Origin: Bdellovibrionota bacterium
GTDB lineage: Bacteria > Bdellovibrionota_C > UBA2361 > JBIKUX01
Reading direction: 5' to 3'
Length of the DNA stretch: 64,000 nucleotides
NCBI GenBank assembly: GCA_044347345.1
Contig: JBIKUX010000001.1
Location: 32,001-96,000 of the forward strand
Shown: positions 48,492 through 58,854 of the stretch, in pieces
Layout: each line of letters begins with the position of its first letter
Position numbering within the stretch: position 1 is the stretch's first letter
The notes under the pieces: model-generated
Told to the model about the DNA's origin: nothing
The model's input: the letters and a program-made list of their open reading frames with translations, nothing else
The model's database searches: none
Made by a program: the position numbers and the translations under genes

Positions 48492-49736
48492 GTGAATAAA
48501 TACTTTACCGATGTTTTAATAATTGGTGCTGGTATCAGTGGGCTTGCTTGCGCCCGGGCTCTGAAGGAGCACGGCTGTTCTTCCATCATAATTCTTGAAG
48601 CTACGGATAAAATAGGTGGTAGAGTTGCTACAGATTACAGTGACGGATTTCTTCTCGATCACGGTTTTCAAGTCCTTATAGACGGTTATCCTGAGGTAAA
48701 ACGGCTAGGAATCGTGCACGATTTAAGAGCAACCTGCTTTGCTCACGGATCTATCATAAGAATCAAAAATAATTTTTATCATCTTCCAGATCCTTTTCGT
48801 CACCCATCCAAGGCCATAAGTGCACTGTTTTCACCTGCTATTACTTTTGTCGACAAACTAAGATTAGCTCTTCTTCGCATGAATATTCATAGAATGCCAG
48901 TCATCGCCAATGAAACAACATATGAATACCTAAAGCGGTTAAAATTTTCGGATAAGGCTATACAACACTTTTTTCAACCGTTCTTTGGCGGAGTATTTTT
49001 AGAGAATAATCTTAATACTCCGGCAAACAAATTTACCTATTTATTTGATATTTTCAAAAAAAGTAACATTTTACTCCCTGAACAAGGGATAGGAGCAATA
49101 TCAAAAATACTTGCCTCTCCTCTTGACCAATCCAGTATTCTGCTAAAGCGCCGTGTAGTAGCAATAAATCGCTATAGTGACAATCTAGGAGTTGTCTACA
49201 CTGAAGATGAGACTTTTGAAGCAAACAAAATAATCTTAACAAGCGCAAACTTAGAAGGTCTATTGCCAGACAGTATTAGATTACCAAGCTCAACGTCATT
49301 TAACTCGGTATCTTGTTTATACTTTAGCGCCACTTTTATTCCCTATCCACTAAATCTCCCTTACCTTATTTTAAATACTAACGGAAGTGAATTAATCTTA
49401 CACATGTGTTGCTTATCAAACATACAGCCTTCATATTCACCAAGAGGATCTCACCTAATTAGTGTAACAGTAATAAATAATTCTCAACTAACTTCACTTG
49501 AAATCGTTATCCGGGAGGAATTAGAGGCGTGGTTTGGTAAAAGCGTTGATGGCTGGCAACTACTAAAAATATTCCACATTGAGCATGCAATTCCACAAGG
49601 ATTTCCAAACAATCCTATATGTATTGAGTCTCCTTGGCTTTATCGGGCTGGTGATTATGTACTAGAAGCTACTTTAAACGGAGCACTAAAATCAGCTTGG
49701 CAAGTAGCTGATGAAATTTACAAAAATTCGATATGA
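48492..49736 (+). CDS. FAD-dependent oxidoreductase (amine oxidase/protoporphyrinogen oxidase-like)
   Basis: [39 protein letters not shown]. Confidence 0.85.
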   Translation: MNKYFTDVLIIGAGISGLACARALKEHGCSSIIILEATDKIGGRVATDYSDGFLLDHGFQVLIDGYPEVKRLGIVHDLRATCFAHGSIIRIKNNFYHLPDPFRHPSKAISALFSPAITFVDKLRLALLRMNIHRMPVIANETTYEYLKRLKFSDKAIQHFFQPFFGGVFLENNLNTPANKFTYLFDIFKKSNILLPEQGIGAISKILASPLDQSSILLKRRVVAINRYSDNLGVVYTEDETFEANKIILTSANLEGLLPDSIRLPSSTSFNSVSCLYFSATFIPYPLNLPYLILNTNGSELILHMCCLSNIQPSYSPRGSHLISVTVINNSQLTSLEIVIREELEAWFGKSVDGWQLLKIFHIEHAIPQGFPNNPICIESPWLYRAGDYVLEATLNGALKSAWQVADEIYKNSI

Positions 49737-49748
49737 ATAACCATTTAC

Positions 49749-50912
49749 ATGAACACTAAGCCACACTTAAAGCCACCTGTAACAATAATTGGTGGTTCAT
49801 TAGCTGGGCTAGCAACAGCTCTTACACTTGCCAAGCACAACATACCCTCACTAGTGCTGGATTCAACTACTTTTCCACGACGTAAAGGATGTGGAGAAGG
49901 CTTGACAGCGGCAGGAGTTCTTTCAATTAAAAGACTTCTACATGATTCGCCTCTACCCCCTCATCAAAATTTAACTGGCTTTACACTTTATATAAAAGAT
50001 AAGTCATTTTTTTTCCCGGCAATAAAATCTTCGAGACAGGTGTTTAATCAGAATCCTTGGGGTGTTTCAAGACTTAATTTAGATGATGCTCTTTTTAATG
50101 CTGCTAAAACCACCAACCTTATTGAGATTTATCAGGCAAGTCGAGTGCGCTCAATTAAACATACTACAAAAGATACCTTTGTTATCGAAGCTGATAAAAA
50201 TTATGAAAGTAATTTTGTAGTGCTTGCAGGAGGAAAAAGTGCGCGAAAACTTTTTCCTTATCTCTACCATGAAGAAAAAAGTCGTGCTGTTAAGGAAAAG
50301 CGCATTGGCGGAAGTATTTATATCTCGGTAAGGGAATCCTTACTGGCTTCAAATCAAGTAACTATTTGGCTTAAAGAGGACTGTGAGTGGTATATAACAC
50401 CAACACAACCAAATCGTATCAACCTTGCCGTTTTAGGCTACCCAGAAGCGGTAAAAAACGCCAAAAAGCAACTTTGTGGAGCTCACCTTGATTCACTTCT
50501 TGAACGGTTTGGCGTTGTAGGGAGTCCTTTAAACAATTTCTGTGGCGTAGATGGGTTTGGTGGTCGTCTTAATCGTGTAGCATTTAACACAAATAAAAGT
50601 GCTCTCTTTGCAATAGGAGATGCAGCTGAGAGCATGGATCCTATCGGTGGGATGGGCATGACTCAAGCCCTGCTTACTGGAGAAGAAGCTGGCTATGCCT
50701 TAAGCATGATTATAAATAAAACCAGATCAACTAAAGACAGTGTCTTGCTATTTGAACGTAATCACCGAAAAATTAGCCTTGTATTACGAACCATGACACA
50801 AGTTATTTCTCATACATGTTTAAAATCCCATTCAAACCTTTACTTAAGGGGATTACAATGTCTATCGAATAAACTACCAGTATCAACAATTCTAAGGCTA
50901 CTTTTACCTTAA
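49749..50912 (+). CDS. FAD-dependent oxidoreductase (geranylgeranyl reductase-like family)
   Basis: IIGGSLAG, FPRRKGCGEGL, SR..LD..L, IGDAA..DPIGGMGM..AL. Confidence 0.8.
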   Translation: MNTKPHLKPPVTIIGGSLAGLATALTLAKHNIPSLVLDSTTFPRRKGCGEGLTAAGVLSIKRLLHDSPLPPHQNLTGFTLYIKDKSFFFPAIKSSRQVFNQNPWGVSRLNLDDALFNAAKTTNLIEIYQASRVRSIKHTTKDTFVIEADKNYESNFVVLAGGKSARKLFPYLYHEEKSRAVKEKRIGGSIYISVRESLLASNQVTIWLKEDCEWYITPTQPNRINLAVLGYPEAVKNAKKQLCGAHLDSLLERFGVVGSPLNNFCGVDGFGGRLNRVAFNTNKSALFAIGDAAESMDPIGGMGMTQALLTGEEAGYALSMIINKTRSTKDSVLLFERNHRKISLVLRTMTQVISHTCLKSHSNLYLRGLQCLSNKLPVSTILRLLLP

Positions 50913-50943
50913 TAGCTCTCTCTACACTATACAAATCTCTACA

Positions 50944-51447
50944 TTATGCAAAATCTATTATCCTATTCCTATTCGATGGTGATGGTGATGGTGATGGTGA
51001 TGGTGATAGTGATGGTGATAGTGATGGTGATGGTGGCGAAGCAGGGCGAGTATTGCCGTATTCCTCTATGAGAGGAATGTCATACTGTGAGAGCCAGACC
51101 AATTTTTGACCATCTTTCTGCCAGAGGCTCATCACTAACTTGCTAGGCAAAATACTCAAAGAAGTGAGAATATCTTGACCCTCCGTTTCACTCAAATATA
51201 ACGGTAAACCAAAAAAATTCTCCATTACTTTGTTGAATGTAAGTTTAATCTCTTGAAATAGAACATCGAGCACAGTGGCTCCAAGAGGCTCTCGATTGAA
51301 AGAGATCTGTATATTCTGTTGTTGAAGGGTTTGCCGATTGAGTTCCGAAGGAGTGTTATTATCACTAATAGGCCTAAATTCGCCATACAGAATAGATAAT
51401 GGATTGACGAATCTCCGAGCACCAATTTCACTATTAATGCTAATCAT
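50944..51447 (-). CDS. Hypothetical protein with C-terminal Ser-Pro repeat
   Basis: ATG at 51447 lies just downstream of the previous gene's stop (the listed TTG 51489 overlaps it). No known motif. Confidence 0.55.
   Translation of the reverse strand: MISINSEIGARRFVNPLSILYGEFRPISDNNTPSELNRQTLQQQNIQISFNREPLGATVLDVLFQEIKLTFNKVMENFFGLPLYLSETEGQDILTSLSILPSKLVMSLWQKDGQKLVWLSQYDIPLIEEYGNTRPASPPSPSLSPSLSPSPSPSPSPSNRNRIIDFA
50975..51034. repeat. 6-bp tandem repeat gat(g/a)gt x10 (Pro-Ser/Leu-Ser)
   Basis: Ten units, eight gatggt and two gatagt. Confidence 0.92.
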
Positions 51448-51466
51448 AAAATTAATTCCGATAAAA

Positions 51467-52093
51467 CTATCGATTAGAACTACCAACAATATTGTTTATA
51501 AAATTAACGAATGGGCTAAATCCTCCAGCAATCTGTAGTCCCAAACCCTCTGGGTGAATTATAAGTGGTACAAGAGAAAATGCTATATGAACCATATTTG
51601 CATCTGGTTGCGTGCTATTAAAAAGATGAGAATAAATGGTACGTATACAATTTAATAATTTTGCACTTTGTCCGAAGGCTTGAATTACTTGTGTCGAAGG
51701 CTCAGTCTGCGATGAACTTAGTAATTTTAAAAATTCATCAATACCATCAAATGTATTTAACCTATATTCGCTTTCAAGCTCCGGTATTACTTTATTAAAT
51801 GCTAGGTCAATTAAATAGGTAGCCCTAAAATGTGGATTATCCCCATACCTTTTAAGGTCATTTATTATGTCCCCTACTTCGCCTGGATTGTTACGAAAGT
51901 ATTCTGCACCAATTATTCGTAAATCATCTAACGTTATAGCACGTGGATCAAGTTCATCCAATTTGGCAAGTATATCTTGAGGAATGTAACTTTGACTTAA
52001 AAGCAGTTCAGGAGGTTTAGGAGGAAAACTTGATCTGTTAACGCCAAAGTCACCGGAGCTTAAATCTTGATCATATTGTTGACTTGCAAACAT
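51467..52093 (-). CDS. Hypothetical protein
   Basis: 208-aa ORF with a GGAG RBS 7 nt before the ATG. Confidence 0.65.
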   Translation of the reverse strand: MFASQQYDQDLSSGDFGVNRSSFPPKPPELLLSQSYIPQDILAKLDELDPRAITLDDLRIIGAEYFRNNPGEVGDIINDLKRYGDNPHFRATYLIDLAFNKVIPELESEYRLNTFDGIDEFLKLLSSSQTEPSTQVIQAFGQSAKLLNCIRTIYSHLFNSTQPDANMVHIAFSLVPLIIHPEGLGLQIAGGFSPFVNFINNIVGSSNR

Positions 52094-52261
52094 AAGATAT
52101 CTCCAAAAGTACTTTTACTAGTTAATTAAAAGTAGTAATTACTACAATCGGAAGAAAAACTTTTTGATTCAACTCAAACCTACAAAATATGGGTTTTTGT
52201 CAATAAATTACGAAATAATTGTACAGTTATTTAGATAACTTTTATTTATAGTTTTATTTAT

Positions 52262-54628
52262 CTAAGGAATTGGTTTTGGAATAACAGGAGAAGCGGGATT
52301 AGAAATAGGGTTCTGTTGAATACGCGCGGGGGTTCGTGTCTCAAACAAATTCAAAAAGTTTACGTTTATATCCATTTTGGATGTAACAATTGGCTCAAGA
52401 GAGCCAAATTTTTGCGTGAAAGGCGAAGTAGTGTTAGATAATAACTCAGCGGTAAATATCTCTAAAGGGTCGCCAATTTCAAGCTCATATACTTCTTTTG
52501 GTACTAAGGCTAGAGAAATTGTTAAATCAGCGATTGTAGTGATAGGAAGTCTTCGCACCCGTAGTGACAGTATTGTATTGTAAATGACTCCAGCACTTAA
52601 CCGGCTTATTTCATAAGCAGCTCGCTCTCCTGGAGTCAAGCTACTTGAATATTCTAGTAAAGGAATATGTCGCAAAGCCTGTGGAATCAATTCTGGCGAA
52701 AAACTAGTGTTCTCTACTGTCTGACCCTGAAGTCTTCCTAAAAGCCATCCTCTTGCTACAATATTTCGGTATGACTCGAGTGTTGTCTCTGAACTGAGAT
52801 TTATTCTTGTTACTTCCTCAATGGGTACAAACTGATTCCTCTCTTTGTCGTAAACCTGAGAACCCGTAATAATAAATCGTCCAGCATCAATAACTACTCT
52901 TTCATTCCAAAGAGATACACTTCCTCGGAAAGTTGGTGACCATTCTACTCGACCATCATCAGAGAAACTTTTTAAACTCCATCCAATTGACCCATCTCCG
53001 TTTACTATCATAGCTACATCTGGAACACTTTTACTTTGAAGAGCTGGTTGCCCATTTATCAAAATCAATTGTCCGTCAATATTTGGCCCCCAATGACGGT
53101 TACCATTAGCATCAGGTACACTTGATATTCTTATTGAAGGCCCCTCACCACCTGGCCGCACCAAAACCCTTTGCCCTGACGTTAAAAATGGACTATCTAA
53201 ATCAATATACATGGCACCATCAAGAACAGTTAAAGTGCCAGATACTGGCTTTGAATAGGTACCATCAGGCAATATCATCCTGACACCGCCATTACCTACA
53301 AAGAATTTATCATTATCAAAAGCTACTTGAAGTCCACTTATCTCACTTGTGCCACTAATACTTGGAATAGTAACTGGCTGAGCAAAAAATGGTTGTGATA
53401 AACCGTTAGAGCCAACAAATCGAATACGACCGTCAGGTAAATAAATTAGCTCTATATCATTCCAACTTGTTTTAACTCCAGGAAGTGTTTCTCCACTCTG
53501 AAGCCTATTTAAAACAAAGGTTCCCTCAATAGCAGAACTGTAGCTTAAATCACTATTCCTAAATCTTATAGTTCCCGTGTTATCTCTATTTGCTCTAATT
53601 AGAGTTCCAGTTTCTATATGCTGACTATGAAGCTCACCTCCTAAAATTGTAGGTCGGTAGTTAGTGCTACTCCAAGGCTGAGAATAACCTTCACCTCTAT
53701 TTTGCAATCTAAAAGTATGGTCGGTTTGATGGAATATTGTACTGCCATCTTGCCTTCTTTCAATAATCCCAAAGTTTCGAGAATCTCCAACTGTTAATTC
53801 AGCAGGTATACCATTTGGAATTGAAGGGCCCCACTGACCATTAGCTAGTGGTACACGCCAACCATCACTTGCCAAAAGTCTCCTTCTATCAGGTGTTACT
53901 ATTACATCTCTTCCGTTATATCTCTGAACAGTTCCGCCATCAGGAGACCACTCGATTCGACCATTTGCTCTTCTTATACCTAGTTCAAAACTTCGCCCAG
54001 GAAACCGAGTGTCTGGCACATTAACAATAATGTCACTGCCGGGTACCTCAAGAATAATATCACCATTGTTGAGATGTCTAAACCTTCCGTTATTTCTTAT
54101 TCTTTCTGAAGTTCTCGGATCAAGCCCTGGAGTATTTGAAACTACATATCGAGCTAGATTCGTAAAAACATCTCTTGCTGTTTCGCCAGGGGCCTGCATC
54201 CCCTGCTCAATTAGATCACGTACTTCCCTTATAGTACGTCGAGGATGAGCAATCATATCGCTAACAAGCTCTGGTGTGTCTTGTATAATATTTAGAGCTG
54301 TACCAGCCGTTCTTCTTACTGTACTTACAACTGGATTTTCAAGGAACCCCTCAATCAAATTGGATCCAGAGTCCAGTAATTCTTGTGCACGAGTTACTAG
54401 TCCTCTCACGGAATCTACAAGCCCAGCTACGAGAACAGGATCACAATCAGGAGAAAGTGTGACTGTTATGTTAGGGTCTTCTAAGAGTTCAGGCTGGAAA
54501 TCGCTTACCCTAGGTAAATAGGAATGCGAGAAATTAACCTCTCTTAATTCGAGGGATAAGGGGACAGGTCTCTCACTATTATGATTAACTGCCACGTTAC
54601 TACTCTGGAATTCTCTACGTTTTTCCAC
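52262..54628 (-). CDS. Large hypothetical protein with internal Gly/aromatic beta-type repeats
   Basis: 788-aa open frame; recurring R..x.(N/D)G..(W/Y)(S/G).P..G units in the central part. Confidence 0.75.
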   Translation of the reverse strand: MEKRREFQSSNVAVNHNSERPVPLSLELREVNFSHSYLPRVSDFQPELLEDPNITVTLSPDCDPVLVAGLVDSVRGLVTRAQELLDSGSNLIEGFLENPVVSTVRRTAGTALNIIQDTPELVSDMIAHPRRTIREVRDLIEQGMQAPGETARDVFTNLARYVVSNTPGLDPRTSERIRNNGRFRHLNNGDIILEVPGSDIIVNVPDTRFPGRSFELGIRRANGRIEWSPDGGTVQRYNGRDVIVTPDRRRLLASDGWRVPLANGQWGPSIPNGIPAELTVGDSRNFGIIERRQDGSTIFHQTDHTFRLQNRGEGYSQPWSSTNYRPTILGGELHSQHIETGTLIRANRDNTGTIRFRNSDLSYSSAIEGTFVLNRLQSGETLPGVKTSWNDIELIYLPDGRIRFVGSNGLSQPFFAQPVTIPSISGTSEISGLQVAFDNDKFFVGNGGVRMILPDGTYSKPVSGTLTVLDGAMYIDLDSPFLTSGQRVLVRPGGEGPSIRISSVPDANGNRHWGPNIDGQLILINGQPALQSKSVPDVAMIVNGDGSIGWSLKSFSDDGRVEWSPTFRGSVSLWNERVVIDAGRFIITGSQVYDKERNQFVPIEEVTRINLSSETTLESYRNIVARGWLLGRLQGQTVENTSFSPELIPQALRHIPLLEYSSSLTPGERAAYEISRLSAGVIYNTILSLRVRRLPITTIADLTISLALVPKEVYELEIGDPLEIFTAELLSNTTSPFTQKFGSLEPIVTSKMDINVNFLNLFETRTPARIQQNPISNPASPVIPKPIP

Positions 54629-54792
54629 ATAGAGTATCGCTTGCTTTAAAGTAGCTCTTTAATACAACGTTATTGATACTAAGTAGTAACTGAATGTAAC
54701 CACTATAAAATGCTGAACAGTGCGATTTTTACGCAAAAAAAATGCGTTCCTTACTTAGATTTTATATCAACAAAATTGCACAGTACATTTGG

Positions 54793-56493
54793 TTAATATT
54801 TACAGGTAGACATCAAAGCTTTTAGAGTATCCAAGGAATCAGCATCTTCTAAGCATTTATCACGACGCCACCGTAGAATTCTGGGAAAGCGCACCGCAAG
54901 CCTAGCTTTATGCCGAGAAGAAGGCAAAACACCCTCAAAGGCTATTTCAAAAACAAGCTTTGGTGTAACTGTTCTTACTGGTCCGTAACGCTCTTTAGTA
55001 TTTGACTTAACAAATGAATCTACTAAAGCAAGCTCTTCTTCAGTTAACCCAGAATAAGCTTTCGCAAAAGAGACTAATGAACCATTATTCCAAACAGCAA
55101 AAGTAAAATCAGTATAAAGATTTGCGCGACGTCCATGTCCTTTCTGTGCACTTACTAATACAGCATCAACTACATAAGGATCAATTTTATATTTCCACCA
55201 ATCACCTCGTACTCTGCCGGATCTATAAGGAGAATTGCACCGCTTTAACATCACCCCTTCTGCGCCATTATAACGGGCTATATATCTAAACTTAATGATC
55301 TCCGATATTGAACTTACAAAAAAAACAGGAGATAACTGAAAATTAGGATAATCAAAAAAATTTGTAGCTAAATGCTTAAGCATTTCTCTACGAGTTATAA
55401 AAGAGAGATGGCGAATATCCTTCCCGCTTTCTTCAAGCAGATCATACGCAATAAAGGCTACTGGATATTGATTACAAAATTTTACTGATGGTGATTTTCT
55501 GCCAAGTCTTGGTTGAAGTTGAGAAAATGGCGCTACTTTAATTTTATTATTATCCCATGCTACAATTTCACCATCAATTACTAAGCAATTATTTGCAGAT
55601 TCTGCTAATATTGAAGATAATTCCGGAAATTGCGTTGTAATTATTTCTTCGCCTCGTGACCAAATTAGTGGTTTTTCTGCACGCTTAACTAGCTGAGCTC
55701 TTATACCATCCCATTTATATTCTACTGCCCAGTCATCACATGTACTCAGTAACTTTTCTCGTGCATTTCCATCCGGTAACGGAGACGCTAGATAAAATGG
55801 ATAAAGATGGTCTGAATTATTAGTATTAGCTACACAGTTAAATAATCTTTCGTAACAATCAGATGATGGTGCCCAATTTCCAGTTAGCCTCAGTGCTACT
55901 GTTGAGGCGTCTATATTGTTTACCTGAGCTAATGCCCGAAATACTAGACTTTTAGCTACTCCAACCCTTAATCGGAGCCTAGATCCTCCAAGGATTAACT
56001 TAACTAATAAGAATAAATGAAACTGATTAAATTTTTGAAAAATAGTGCCTAATTTTTCGACTTGTTCCTGAAGATTATACTCTTGCAATGCTGTAAGTTG
56101 GGCGATCACCCCCGAAAGCGTAAACTCTAAATCAGATAAAACTTTTGAGGGGGATGCAACAAGTAACGAAATTGTTTCAGCTAAATCGCCCACTGAATAA
56201 TAACTTTCCTCTATTAACCATTTCGGAAGCTTAGTGGCGTAAGAAGTAGCATTTTTAATTGTTGTTGATGAATATCTCGGTATTACCTTCTTTCCCATAA
56301 AAAGAGAGAGCGCCCAGCTCTTTTCTTCCAGGTCAGCATGCTGAAAAAAATATACTAGCGAGGAGCATTTATTATTTAGTTGAGATGTAGCATCAAGCTC
56401 CTTATAAAGCTCATCAAACTGAATAGCTCTGTGTTCATCTTGACCAACAACTTTCTCATCATTGCTTGGTTTAACTTGATTCATGAATTGCAC
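54793..56493 (-). CDS. ATP-dependent DNA ligase
   Basis: VGDLAETI, EYKWDGIRAQ (adenylated Lys), IDGEI, AYDLL, EGVMLK, WWKYK, VRFPRILRWRRDK. Start may be ATG 56484. Confidence 0.95.
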   Translation of the reverse strand: MQFMNQVKPSNDEKVVGQDEHRAIQFDELYKELDATSQLNNKCSSLVYFFQHADLEEKSWALSLFMGKKVIPRYSSTTIKNATSYATKLPKWLIEESYYSVGDLAETISLLVASPSKVLSDLEFTLSGVIAQLTALQEYNLQEQVEKLGTIFQKFNQFHLFLLVKLILGGSRLRLRVGVAKSLVFRALAQVNNIDASTVALRLTGNWAPSSDCYERLFNCVANTNNSDHLYPFYLASPLPDGNAREKLLSTCDDWAVEYKWDGIRAQLVKRAEKPLIWSRGEEIITTQFPELSSILAESANNCLVIDGEIVAWDNNKIKVAPFSQLQPRLGRKSPSVKFCNQYPVAFIAYDLLEESGKDIRHLSFITRREMLKHLATNFFDYPNFQLSPVFFVSSISEIIKFRYIARYNGAEGVMLKRCNSPYRSGRVRGDWWKYKIDPYVVDAVLVSAQKGHGRRANLYTDFTFAVWNNGSLVSFAKAYSGLTEEELALVDSFVKSNTKERYGPVRTVTPKLVFEIAFEGVLPSSRHKARLAVRFPRILRWRRDKCLEDADSLDTLKALMSTCKY

Positions 56494-56577
56494 CTATTCA
56501 AGCTAAAACGGTTGCATCTACTGAAAGTGCGTAAGACTCTAAAGAAAGCAACAAAAATAATTACGATAATTATTAAC

Positions 56578-57126
56578 ATGCTTTCAAATACCGATATTCT
56601 TTCAGCAATCACAAATAGTGAATTAACTATCACTCCATTTAAACCGCAGATGATACGTGGATGCAGCATCACTCTTCATTTGGGACCACTTCTGTTGCAA
56701 CCAATACCGGGTAAAGTAGCAGACCCACGCGAACATACCGTTCCTGAATACACTTCAATCAACATAAGTCGTACTCATCCTTTCGAGTTAGCTCCTGGTG
56801 GATTTTTGCTTGGACATACACTCCAAAAAGTCACAGTAGGTCCTACCCTCGGATTTTTAATTGAAGGACGCAGTACCTTAGCAAGATTAGGCTTAACAAT
56901 CGTACAAACTGCGATGATAGTCTATCCAGGTCATCGAGACAGAGCAGTAACGCTCGAATTAGCAAACCACGGTCCAAATATAATTAGGCTTTATGCTGAG
57001 ATGAAGATAGCTCGAGTAGCTTTATTTCGCTTTCCCACCCCAAGTTCACTCACCTACGATGAAGACGGTAAGTACCGTGATCAATCACAAGTGGGCCCAC
57101 CAATTTTTGAAAATGAGTTCTTTTGA
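56578..57126 (+). CDS. dcd: dCTP deaminase
   Basis: MLSNTDI start at 56578; LAPGGFLLGHT, EGRSTLARLGL, PG..VTLELAN, GKYRDQ. Confidence 0.88.
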   Translation: MLSNTDILSAITNSELTITPFKPQMIRGCSITLHLGPLLLQPIPGKVADPREHTVPEYTSINISRTHPFELAPGGFLLGHTLQKVTVGPTLGFLIEGRSTLARLGLTIVQTAMIVYPGHRDRAVTLELANHGPNIIRLYAEMKIARVALFRFPTPSSLTYDEDGKYRDQSQVGPPIFENEFF

Positions 57127-57199
57127 TTATTTGACTAATTCTTCTACAGTACCACGGGTGATACTTGACAGCTTTTGAATGCGATTGAAAACTTTATAA

Positions 57200-57276
<77 letters not shown>

Positions 57277-57349
57277 TCATTCCTTTAATAATAAAATATT
57301 TAGATTACTTGGTCAAGCCTTGTTACCTAGTCTGTCTATCTCTGAATAA

Positions 57350-58132
57350 TCATCCACTATTAATTAACTCGTTTTTGAATTTAGAAAATTCTTTAAAAGT
57401 TAGGTGCCTTAATTCACCTGGTTTTAATGATCCAATAGAAAAAGGGCCATGTGCAATGCGGGCTAAGTCTAAGACAGGATGATTTAGTGCGGCGCAAAGT
57501 CTTCTAACGATACGGTTACGCCCCTCAGTTATCGTTACTTCAATCCAAGTTGAAGGTAACTTATCTTGTTTATCTAAAGAGTAACTTGCATTAAGCTTTC
57601 TCAAACTAATCATCGAGCTCAGGAATCGTACCTTCGCAGTAACAATACCATCAGACAATCGCACCCCTTTAGCACACTTTTGTATTAAACTGTCATCCAC
57701 TAAGCCTCGAACTCGAGCATAATATACTCTACTATGTTGATATCGCGGATGAGTCAGAATTTGAGCGAAATCTCCATCATTAGTCATGATTAGAAGACCA
57801 GACGTATCATAATCAAGACGACCAACGGGAAAATAAGACTCCGTTTTTTTTGAAAGATACTGCCGAACAGTAGGACGCCTCTCTTGCTTGCTCAAAGTTG
57901 TAAGTACTCCCCTTGGCTTAAATAGAATAAGAGCACCCTTCTGAACTGGCCGTACCAGACGCCCATCTAATTTGACGCGATCTTTGGTTAGATCTACTTT
58001 TTTACCAAGCTCTTTAACCGCAACCCCATTTACGGTCACCATACCACTAATTATTAGTTCTTCTGCTTTTCGCCGCGAAATATCACCACAAGCGGCCAAA
58101 TATCTCTGTAGACGCATGTAAGATACTGTCAT
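57350..58132 (-). CDS. rluB: rRNA pseudouridine synthase (RluB/RsuA family)
   Basis: S4 domain RLQRYLA..SRRKAEELI..G.V.VNG, KPRG, VGRLDYDTSGLL..TNDG, EGRNR.VRR; lies downstream of scpAB. Confidence 0.88.
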   Translation of the reverse strand: MTVSYMRLQRYLAACGDISRRKAEELIISGMVTVNGVAVKELGKKVDLTKDRVKLDGRLVRPVQKGALILFKPRGVLTTLSKQERRPTVRQYLSKKTESYFPVGRLDYDTSGLLIMTNDGDFAQILTHPRYQHSRVYYARVRGLVDDSLIQKCAKGVRLSDGIVTAKVRFLSSMISLRKLNASYSLDKQDKLPSTWIEVTITEGRNRIVRRLCAALNHPVLDLARIAHGPFSIGSLKPGELRHLTFKEFSKFKNELINSG

Positions 58133-58175
58133 TGAACCTAACTAATTGCCTGTGTAAAAAACTAAAAATTAAGAA

Positions 58176-58823
58176 TCAGCATCTTTCTGCTTCTTCCCCA
58201 TTTTCTCGAGCAAACATTACAAACTCCCTAAGAGAAGGAAGCTCTGGAAGAGACTTTAGTCCAAATATCTTTAAAAACTCCTCGGTAGTTCCATATAGCG
58301 CAGGTTGACCAACTGTAGCTTGCTGCCCAGCAATTTTGATTAATCCTCTATCGAGCAAAGTCTTAAGGGTAGGTGAAGAATCAACTCCGCGAATTTTTTC
58401 AATGTCACTTTTTACAATTGGCTGACGGTATGCAATGACCGCCAACGTTTCCAGAGCCGCTGCGCTTAGCCTCTTTGGTTTAGCTGCCTTGAGTAATCTA
58501 ACGGCAGGAGCACAGACAGCTTTAGTTCTTAAAAGATACTTTCCCGCAACTTCCACTAATTCTACTCCCCTAGGAGCCATAGCAAGCTCATCGGCAAGAG
58601 CTGCCAATGTTGCTCGAGCAGTACTAGTTGCAAGACCCGCTACCTCAGCTAATCGACGTAAAGGAAGCTCTTCACCCGAAGCAAAAAGGAGAGCTTCAAG
58701 AGTGGCGATGTCTTGAGGCCGTGGCTCACCATTATAAACTACTGATTCATGTTCTACAGTATTTTCTTCTGATAGCTCGGCAACTTCTTGATGCTGAATC
58801 TCACCGATTTCATCTGGTTTCAC
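58176..58823 (-). CDS. scpB: Segregation and condensation protein B
   Basis: LEALLFAS, LSAAALETLAVIAYRQPI...IRGV, LYGTT.EFL..FGL..L.ELP. Confidence 0.95.
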   Translation of the reverse strand: MKPDEIGEIQHQEVAELSEENTVEHESVVYNGEPRPQDIATLEALLFASGEELPLRRLAEVAGLATSTARATLAALADELAMAPRGVELVEVAGKYLLRTKAVCAPAVRLLKAAKPKRLSAAALETLAVIAYRQPIVKSDIEKIRGVDSSPTLKTLLDRGLIKIAGQQATVGQPALYGTTEEFLKIFGLKSLPELPSLREFVMFARENGEEAERC

Positions 58824-58854
58824 CTTTCAAACTCCTGCACTATTTTTTAACGGG

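Noticed and set aside
51447-51500. Frameshift joining the 208-aa and downstream ORFs
   Set aside because: The downstream frame has its own ATG just after the upstream stop and no obvious slippery site; treated as two genes.
52105-52145. Short palindromes aaaagtactttt and gtagtaattactac
   Set aside because: AT-rich palindromes of this length can arise by chance; no cognate regulator nearby.
56380-56577. N-terminal extension of dcd in the ORF track
   Set aside because: Overlaps the divergent ligase start; the family-typical start MLS is at 56578.
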